The notes beneath the pieces were generated by a model, which was given only the letters and a program-made list of their open reading frames with translations, made no database searches and had not been told where the DNA came from. From an uncultured Candidatus Binatia bacterium (GTDB taxonomy: Bacteria; Desulfobacterota; Binatia; Bin18), in the NCBI GenBank assembly GCA_965214605.1, contig OZ243961.1:32001-96000 (forward strand): a stretch of DNA of 64,000 nt. Direction: 5' to 3'. Each line of letters opens with the position of its first letter. Position 1 is the stretch's first letter. Positions 56,868-64,000 of the stretch are shown piece by piece. Made by a program: the position numbers and the translations under genes.

Positions 56868-57995
56868 ATGAAAGTTGGCATGATACCCCAATTGACGAGT
56901 TTTCATGGCAAACCTGATTTTCAGACGTATCAGGAGGAACTAGCGCTGGCCGACATGGCCGAAGACATGGGGTTTGACTCGATCTGGGCGCTGGATCACC
57001 ATTTCACCGGCTATACCATGTCGCCGGACCCGACCCAAATGCTGAGCTATTTTGCTGGTCGGACGAAGCGGGTCCAGCTTGGCACCGCAGTGATCGTGCT
57101 GCCGTGGCACGATCCGGTCGAAGTGGCCGAGAACATTGCCCTGCTTGATGTCCTGTCAAACGGCCGGACTATTATCGGCTTTGGTCGCGGGGCGGCCACG
57201 GTCGAGTATGAGGGCTACCGCATTCCAATGCACGAGTCGCGCGAACGGTTTGTCGAGTGCGCGGAGATCGTTCGTCTGGGGCTGACCCAGGAGAGCTTCT
57301 CGTACGATGGCAAATTTTACCAGATTCCAGAAATTCAGATCCGTCCGCGTCCGATCTCTCATCCAGAGCAGCGCTTTTACGCCTCTTCGGTCAGCCCCGA
57401 GTCGGCAGAGATTATGGCCAAGCTCGGGCTTGGGGTGTTGATCATTGCCCAGCGGAGTTGGGAGGATACGGCTGCGGACTACCAGCGCTACGTTGAGAAT
57501 GCGCTGGCCAGCGGCTTTCAGCCGCGTCCCCCGATCGGGCTGTTCAACGTGTTGGTGTCGGACGACGCTCAAGAGGCCGAGGATTTGGCTCAAGTCCACA
57601 TGGGTGCCATGTTTGACTCTATCGAAGAACACTATCGCTTCTCTTCGGGCCGCTTGAATGACGTCAAAGGCTACGAGTTCTACGGAAAGATGGCAAAAAC
57701 GTACGCCAAGCTGAACGCCGATGAAGAAGCCAAGGCTAAGGCGGTGGCATTTTATCGTAGCTTGCACGCGGCAGGCACGGCCGATCAGGTGTTGGAAAAG
57801 TTCCGCTACGTTCATTCGACCGTCGCCCTTGAGCACGTTGTGAACACTTTTGGCTTTGGTGGCTTGCCCATTGATAAACTGCGCCGCAGCTACCAGCTGT
57901 TTGCCGAGAGAATTCTGCCGGTGCTGCAGCACGACGCGGCTTTCCAACTGCCCAAGGATCAGAACGGCTATACCGAGATGGCTGCCTCGGCCTAG
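56868..57995 (+). CDS. LLM-class flavin-dependent oxidoreductase
   Basis: GFDSIWALDHHF, LGTAVIVLPWHDP..VAE, LD.LS.GR; RBS aggagg; TATAAT at 56802-07. Confidence 0.92.
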   Translation: MKVGMIPQLTSFHGKPDFQTYQEELALADMAEDMGFDSIWALDHHFTGYTMSPDPTQMLSYFAGRTKRVQLGTAVIVLPWHDPVEVAENIALLDVLSNGRTIIGFGRGAATVEYEGYRIPMHESRERFVECAEIVRLGLTQESFSYDGKFYQIPEIQIRPRPISHPEQRFYASSVSPESAEIMAKLGLGVLIIAQRSWEDTAADYQRYVENALASGFQPRPPIGLFNVLVSDDAQEAEDLAQVHMGAMFDSIEEHYRFSSGRLNDVKGYEFYGKMAKTYAKLNADEEAKAKAVAFYRSLHAAGTADQVLEKFRYVHSTVALEHVVNTFGFGGLPIDKLRRSYQLFAERILPVLQHDAAFQLPKDQNGYTEMAASA

Positions 57996-58100
57996 CCCCC
58001 CCCTCCGTCTCCCGAGAGAGCGGGAACCAAGAGCTCGGCACCGGCTCTACTCCCCCCTCTCTCTTTCCGTACAGCATTTCTTGCCTGTGAGGAGAGGTGC

Positions 58101-59291
58101 ATGGATTTTCACTATACGCCTGAGCAAGAAGCTTTTCGGGCCGAGCTGCGGGCTTGGCTCGACGTCAACCTGCCGCCCGAGCTGTGTGTTGATGACGCCA
58201 AGGACGAACGGATCGCTCCGGATCGCAAGACCTTTGAGCGCCGCCGTGTCTGGCAGCGTCAGATGTACGACGCAGGCTGGGTCGGGATTGCCTGGCCGCA
58301 GGAGTATGGCGGGCGCGGGGCCACGCTCATGGAGCAGGTGATTTTTGAGGAGGAGTATACCCGAGTGCGGGCACCGGTCTTGCCGGGCAATTCAGGCATC
58401 TCCCTGTGTGGACCAACCCTGATGCAGTGGGGCAGTCAAGCTCAGAAAGAGCGTTTTCTGCAACCCACGCTCAGTGGCGAGCTTATTTGGTGTCAGGGCT
58501 ATTCCGAACCTGGGGCCGGCTCGGACTTGGCCAGTTTACAAACTAGAGCCGTTGATATGGGCGACCATTTTGTGGTCAACGGACAGAAAGTGTGGACGTC
58601 CGGGGCGCAGTACGCGGATTGGATCTTCATGTTGGTCCGGACCGATCCCGACGCGCCAAAACACAAAGGTATTAGCTATCTCCTAGCCGATATAAGAACA
58701 CCGGGGATCACCGTCAGACCCCTCGTCTTGCTCAACGGCCACGCCCACTTCAACGAGGTGTTTTTTGATGAGGTGAAAGTCCCCAAGCCCAACCTTGTTG
58801 GGGAAAAAAACGAGGGCTGGAAGGTCACTGTCACCACCCTGATGTACGAGCGGGCGTATGCCGGGGTGAGTAATTACAACGACCAGATCATGCGCCTCGT
58901 CGCCTTAGCCAAACAGGTCTTGATTGATGGCAAACCCGCCTGGCAGCAATCCTGGGTGCGGCAGCGGCTGGTCGGCTTAAAGACTGAGAGCGAAAGCCTC
59001 AAGTACACCCGCCTGCGTGGGATCACCCGAATGCTCAAGGGCCAGCCGCCAGGACCGGAGGGCTCGCTGCTCAAGCTGTGCGGGTCTGAGTTAGGCGTAC
59101 GGATTGCCAAGTTTGCGACCGAACTGCTCGGTGCCCATACAACGGTGAACAAGCCCTCAGACGTGGTGCCCGACGCCCCGCGCTGGTTTAACCGGATGCT
59201 GAGTGCCCGGCAGTACACTATCTCGGCCGGTACGAGCGAGATCCAGCGGAATATTATGGGCGAGCGGGTGCTGGGCTTGCCAAAAGGGTGA
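58101..59291 (+). CDS. Acyl-CoA dehydrogenase family protein
   Basis: WCQGYSEPGAGSDLA, NGQKVWTS, FNEVFF, TISAGTSEIQRN. Confidence 0.95.
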   Translation: MDFHYTPEQEAFRAELRAWLDVNLPPELCVDDAKDERIAPDRKTFERRRVWQRQMYDAGWVGIAWPQEYGGRGATLMEQVIFEEEYTRVRAPVLPGNSGISLCGPTLMQWGSQAQKERFLQPTLSGELIWCQGYSEPGAGSDLASLQTRAVDMGDHFVVNGQKVWTSGAQYADWIFMLVRTDPDAPKHKGISYLLADIRTPGITVRPLVLLNGHAHFNEVFFDEVKVPKPNLVGEKNEGWKVTVTTLMYERAYAGVSNYNDQIMRLVALAKQVLIDGKPAWQQSWVRQRLVGLKTESESLKYTRLRGITRMLKGQPPGPEGSLLKLCGSELGVRIAKFATELLGAHTTVNKPSDVVPDAPRWFNRMLSARQYTISAGTSEIQRNIMGERVLGLPKG

Positions 59292-59441
59292 CTTTATCCG
59301 GACAAGAGCGGAAAGATTGTGCCGCATACGTCAGAGACGAGATCGTCTGTCTCTGAGCAGTGGCAGAAGACCGACCACGCTATCGTGCGCGGTGCTCCGG
59401 GCTTTCCCCATTCCCGCTATGGCAGTGTGAAGGCTGCCCTT

Positions 59442-61170
59442 ATGGTAGACCGTCTACATCTGCACAAGCGGAACATTCTTGCTAGCCCGGATTTCAATCG
59501 CTGGTTTGTGCCGCCGGCCTCCATCGCCATCCATCTGTGCATTGGTTCCATTGGAGTTTGTTCAACCCGGCCCTGACCACGGTGCTGGGCGTGGTCGCCG
59601 GAGATTGGTCGTTGCCGGCGGTGGTCTGGATGTTCTCGGTGGCGATTGTGTGTCTGGGGCTGGCGGCAGCCTTTGCCGGCAAGTGGTTGGAAGAGGTCGG
59701 CCCGCGGTTGGGAGGAGTGGTATGGCGCGTGATTTGGGCCTTTTGGGTTGGGGTCGGTCGGCCCGCGGTTGGGAGGAGTGGTAGCCGCGCTATGTTGGGG
59801 GGGTCCTCCTCAGTGGGTTGGGCATCCTGACCCACCAAATCGTCCTGCTGTATGTGGGTTACGGCGTGATTGGTGGGTGTGGACTGGGTCTGGGCTCTGT
59901 CTCGCCGGTTGCCACCCTGCTGCGTTGGTTCCCGGACCGGCGGGGGGTCGCGACCGGGATGGCAATCTATGGGTTTCGGCGGGGAGGCGGTGTTGGGGAC
60001 GCCCCTGATTGAAAGCCTGCTGGCGACCTTTGTCGTCACTCCGGACTATCTGGGCAGTGCCGAGAGCCCGCCCCTGTTGACCCGTGATGGGGGGCGGTAT
60101 GGGGAAACGTCGGCGGGGGTGCTCCGCGAGGTGGTGGTGTTGGGGTCGGGAGAGGCGGCTCAGCTCAATCTGGCCGCTGGGGCGGATGTCGTGGGCAACG
60201 GTGCAACCGGCGTGGCGGCGACCTTCACCCGAGGTCTTGTGTACTTCACTGTTATGACGCTCGCCGCCTTCTCGTCTCGTCTGCCGGCGGCCGACTGGCA
60301 GCCCGCCGGGTGGCAAGAGCCAACCGAGCCGGACAGCATGAGGACTCGCCACCACGTCCATAGCGATCAAGCTCTGAGAACCCCCCCAATTTTACCTGCT
60401 GTGGCTGGTCCTGTTTTGTCACGTTACGGCTGGTATCGGGGTACTGGGGGTAGCCAGAACGATGCTGAACGAGATTTTTGGGACACTCTTCCCATCCATC
60501 GTGACCGCGGCCTTTGCCGCCACCTCTGTGTTGATGATCGGCCTGTTCAACATGCTGGGGCGGGTGTTCTGGGCCGGCTTGTCGGATATAATCGGCCGCA
60601 AGACGACGTATGGCATCTTCTTCATCCTCGGCACCGCGCTCTACCTCAGCGTGCCGTACAGCGCGGCAGCGGCGAGTCTGCGGCCAGCGGTGGAATGGCT
60701 TGTGGTGTTCTACGGCGCGCCTCTGCTTATCTTCACCATATAGGGGGGCGGCTTTGCGACGATTCCCGCCTATTTGGCCGATATCTTCGGGACCCGCCAT
60801 GTGGGCGCGATCCACGGCCGGCTCCTCACCGCCTGGAGTGCAGCTGGGGTGGTCGGCCCGGTGGTCATTGCTCAGTTGCGGGAGTCCTCGTGCTGGAACG
60901 CTCTGGAGCCGCGTGCCGCCCAGGTGCCCGAGCACGATTTCGTCCAAGCCTTTGGGGCGGGGAAAACGGCTCTGGCCGAACTGATTGAGACACAGACGGT
61001 AAACGATTCCAGCCCTGCTGGATATTGCTCCATCCAGAGTCTCAGACCCGTCGGCTACGCTCTATAATACAACACCCCTGTATGCCATGGCGGCTCTGCT
61101 AGCCGTCGGGCTTCTTGCCAATCTGCTGATCCGTCCCGTCCATGTCAGCCATTATATGCACGAATCCCAC
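59442..61170 (+). pseudogene. Oxalate/formate-antiporter (OFA) family MFS transporter pseudogene
   Basis: Fragments FNRWFVPPASIAIHLCIGS / GKWLEEVGPR / YGVIGGCGLGLG..SPVATLLRWFPDRRG.ATG / SDIIGRK / [29 protein letters not shown] / LLANLLIRPV; several frameshifts and an in-frame TAG at 60741. Confidence 0.88.
59695..59783. repeat. 28-bp perfect direct repeat flanking 33 bp
   Basis: ggtcggcccgcggttgggaggagtggta at 59695-59722 and 59756-59783. Confidence 0.9.
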
Positions 61171-61244
61171 GCCACGGGCTGCCCTCTGGCCTTCTTCTAC
61201 CGTGCGTGTCAATGTATGCTCTGTATCCGTACAGGAGGCGTGCT

Positions 61245-62372
61245 ATGACTATGGGGATACAGGACGGCTATGTTTCGGCCGACGGCCATGTTGTCGAGCC
61301 CCGAGATCTGTGGACTAGGCGGATGGACAAACGTTTTCGCCAACGTGCGCCACGGGTCGAGTCTCGGCCCGAAGCCGACTATTACCTGATCGATGGCTTG
61401 GCTCCGCTGCCGGTCGGGCTGGAAGGAGTGATGCTTGAAGAGAAAATCGCCGGTGAAATTCGCTCCTCGCTCGGACACCGATATGCCGATACCCGGCCGG
61501 GGGCTTGGGATCCCCAGGCCCGTTTAGCCGATCAGGACTTAGACCACGTCCGGGCCGAGGTGATTTATCCCGGTATGCTGGGCCTCCACTTCTTCTATAT
61601 CCGCGACGCCGAATACCAACGAGAAGTAATGCGGGTGTATAACGACTGGCTGGCTGAGTTCTGTGCCAGCGCCCCGCACCGCCTGTTGGGAACAGCGTTT
61701 TTGCCGCTGCGTGGACCGATTGAGTGGGCGTGTGCAGAGGCCCGACGGATTGCTCAACTTGGGTTGCGGGCCGTCTCAATTCCGGGCGAGGTCGAGGAGC
61801 GTCCTTACTCGCATCCCGACTATCGGCCGCTGTGGGTGACCTTGCAGGAGCTGGGCCTGCCGGTCTCGACCCACGCCGGGACCGGGACCGGAGAAGAGCT
61901 CCTGGTGAAGTGCGATCGGGTCGGTTTTGGCGTGGGCTTGGTTGACGGGAAGATCGGGATGATTATGCGGGCGATGGCCGATCTGCTCTGGAGCGCGGTG
62001 CCGCAACGTTATCCCCAGCTCCGTTTTGTGCTCGCCGAGGGGGGGATTGGCTGGATTGCCTCGGTCCTGACCTATATGGATCACTGGTGGCAGGACCACC
62101 GGCGCTGGATGGAGCCCCGACTTGAGGAAGCGCCAAGCTTCTATTTTCGACGCCAGTTTTGGGCCACCTTTGAGGATGACCGAGCGGGGATTCTGACCCG
62201 CGAGCTGCTCGGTGTGGAGCGTCTGATGTGGGGGGCGGACTATCCCCATACCGAGGGGACGTTTCCTTGCTCACAGGGGCAGATCGCGCGGGATTTTGCC
62301 GGAGTTCCAGAAGATGAGGTGTACCAGATGGTGGCGGGCAATGCAGCCCGGTTATACGGGCTGGACAGTTAA
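61245..62372 (+). CDS. Amidohydrolase family 2 protein
   Basis: SADGHVVEP, YNDWLAEFC, EGGIGW, WGADYPHTE; RBS aggagg. Confidence 0.92.
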   Translation: MTMGIQDGYVSADGHVVEPRDLWTRRMDKRFRQRAPRVESRPEADYYLIDGLAPLPVGLEGVMLEEKIAGEIRSSLGHRYADTRPGAWDPQARLADQDLDHVRAEVIYPGMLGLHFFYIRDAEYQREVMRVYNDWLAEFCASAPHRLLGTAFLPLRGPIEWACAEARRIAQLGLRAVSIPGEVEERPYSHPDYRPLWVTLQELGLPVSTHAGTGTGEELLVKCDRVGFGVGLVDGKIGMIMRAMADLLWSAVPQRYPQLRFVLAEGGIGWIASVLTYMDHWWQDHRRWMEPRLEEAPSFYFRRQFWATFEDDRAGILTRELLGVERLMWGADYPHTEGTFPCSQGQIARDFAGVPEDEVYQMVAGNAARLYGLDS

Positions 62373-62479
62373 CGGAGCGCCCGTCGAACGGCTTGTGGGC
62401 TGAAAAGCGCCCCCGATGTGGTTGTCCGGACCGTTCACGACCGGGAGAAGGACCCACCCAGACACGTTAAGGATGGGCT

Positions 62480-64000
62480 GTGGGAGCTCAAGACGTACAG
62501 CACGACAACGATGCCGCCCAACGCCGCAGCTTCATCTCGCACTTGCTGCGTGATGTCCGTGCGCTGGAACACATGCTTGGCGAGGGGATGATCGAGTCCG
62601 ACGTTCACCGAATCGGGGCGGAGCAAGAACTCTTTTTGGTGGACAGCACCCGGCGTCCGGCGCCGCTTGCGCTCGAAATTCTGGAGCGGATCAAGGACCC
62701 GCACTACACTACAGAGTTGGGGCTCTTTAACCTCGAGATTAATCTTGATCCCTTGGCCTTTCGGACCGACTGCCTGCGTCAACTCGATCGCCAGCTCAAC
62801 ACCTTGCTGGCCAAAGTCAGAGCCGTCGCCCAGCAGTCTGGGGCCGAGCTTGTGCTGACCGGGATTTTGCCGACGCTGCGGAAGTCTGACCTCGCGCTGA
62901 GCAATATGACCCCTAAGCCACGCTATCGGGAGCTGAATACGGCCCTCGGCCAACTCCGTGGAGGCGATTACGAATTTCAACTCAAAGGGGTGGATGAACT
63001 GAACGTCAAACATGACTCGGTCATGCTAGAAGCGGGCTGCACCAGTTTCCAAGTCCATTACCAAGTCGGGCCGGCAGAGTTTGCCCAGTGTTATAACATT
63101 GCCCAAGCCATCACCGCCCCACTCCTGGCCGTGGCCACCAACTCGCCGCTCCTGTTTGGACGTCGGCTGTGGCAGGAAACGCGGATTCCGCTGTTTCAGC
63201 AGGCGGTTGATACGCGTAGCGCGTGTCATTATATGCGTGAGCGTGCCCCTCGGGTCAGCTTTGGGCAGCAGTGGGTGCACCGCTCTATATTGGAACTGAT
63301 CCAGGAAGATTTGGCCCGTTTTCGAGTCCTGCTAGGGACGTCGTTACAAGAGGATTCCTGGAGCGTGCTCGGGCAGGGCGGACTGCCCGGCTTACAGGCC
63401 CTGCGTATCCATACCGGAACAGTCTATCGCTGGAATAGGGGCTGCTTTGGCATTGGTGGGGGCAAGGCCCATATCCGGATTGAGAACCGCGTCCTTCCGG
63501 CCGGCCCAACGGTTGTTGACGAAGTGGCCAATGCGGCCTTCTTCCTCGGTTTACTCCGTGGCGGGCAGGACAGCTATGGGGATATCACCAAAAAAATGCC
63601 CTTCCACCATGCTGAGGCCAACTTTCTGGCTGCGGCTCAGATGGGGCTCGACGCCCAGTTTACCTGGCTCAACGGGAAAAGTATGCTCGCCCGCGAGCTG
63701 ATCGCCCGGGACTTACTCCCGCTGGCTCAGCACGGACTACGCACGGCAGGCCTGGACAGTGCGGACATTGATCATTACCTCGGCGTGATAGAGCAACGGG
63801 TGGCCTTGAACAGAACAGGCGCGTCTTGGTTGCTCCGCTCTTTGGCCGATATGCGGGGGACCGACACCCAGGAGGCACGGCTGAGCGCGCTCACCGCGGC
63901 TATCGTCCATCGCCAATGGGAGGGAGTACCCGTACATGAATGGCCGCCCGCCGAGCTAGAAGAAGGCCGTGGCGCACGGCTGCAAGCCTTACGCATTGAA
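62480..64000 (+). CDS. Glutamate--cysteine ligase family 2 (GCS2)-like protein, 3'-partial (absent from the ORF track)
   Basis: My translation from GTG 62480: MGAQDV...LLRDVRALE...RIGAEQELFLVD, TTELGLFNLEINL, GILPTLR, CTSFQVHYQ, NSPLLFG..LW.ETRIPLFQQ, HTGTVYRWNR, RIENRVLPAGP; open to the window end. Confidence 0.85.
   Translation, partial: MGAQDVQHDNDAAQRRSFISHLLRDVRALEHMLGEGMIESDVHRIGAEQELFLVDSTRRPAPLALEILERIKDPHYTTELGLFNLEINLDPLAFRTDCLRQLDRQLNTLLAKVRAVAQQSGAELVLTGILPTLRKSDLALSNMTPKPRYRELNTALGQLRGGDYEFQLKGVDELNVKHDSVMLEAGCTSFQVHYQVGPAEFAQCYNIAQAITAPLLAVATNSPLLFGRRLWQETRIPLFQQAVDTRSACHYMRERAPRVSFGQQWVHRSILELIQEDLARFRVLLGTSLQEDSWSVLGQGGLPGLQALRIHTGTVYRWNRGCFGIGGGKAHIRIENRVLPAGPTVVDEVANAAFFLGLLRGGQDSYGDITKKMPFHHAEANFLAAAQMGLDAQFTWLNGKSMLARELIARDLLPLAQHGLRTAGLDSADIDHYLGVIEQRVALNRTGASWLLRSLADMRGTDTQEARLSALTAAIVHRQWEGVPVHEWPPAELEEGRGARLQALRIE

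Noticed and set aside
59695-59783. Canonical CRISPR array
   Set aside because: There are only two repeats, the repeat is MFS coding sequence, and there is no leader or cas gene. Kept only as a possible off-target integration scar.

Overview
GC-rich bacterial genomic DNA, densely packed with catabolic and redox enzymes. It holds 7 luciferase-like monooxygenases (LLM), 4 amidohydrolases, 4 hydantoinase/oxoprolinase A/B subunits, a copper amine oxidase, a P450, a 2OG-Fe(II) oxygenase, SDR/MDR/PRISE reductases, serine hydrolases, a thiolase-like/DUF35 pair, an RND efflux operon with a TetR regulator, TrpB2, an acyl-CoA dehydrogenase and a GCS2-like ligase running off the end. This gene mix resembles marine or sponge-associated lineages such as Binatota or SAR202 (inference only). 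Three stretches are decayed: 12.4-14.5 kb, 20.3-22.2 kb (a DUF1156-type DNA methyltransferase relic) and 59.4-61.2 kb (an OFA MFS transporter). The strongest hidden signal is that two 'hypothetical' ORFs at 55.5-56.7 kb read as one tandem AhpD/CMD-fold selenoprotein (CFY-UGA-TTSH, in-frame continuation, SECIS-like hairpin). It heads a probable operon with an unknown Trp-rich protein and a divergent TrpB2. Other candidates are a hydantoinase A + degenerate B' + B complex, a compact multi-stem RNA candidate at 24.2 kb, and a 28-33-28 bp duplication/insertion with type I-E spacer-integration geometry. I found no rRNA, intact tRNA, cas gene or intact transposase. All family calls come from motif recognition by eye; no searches were run.
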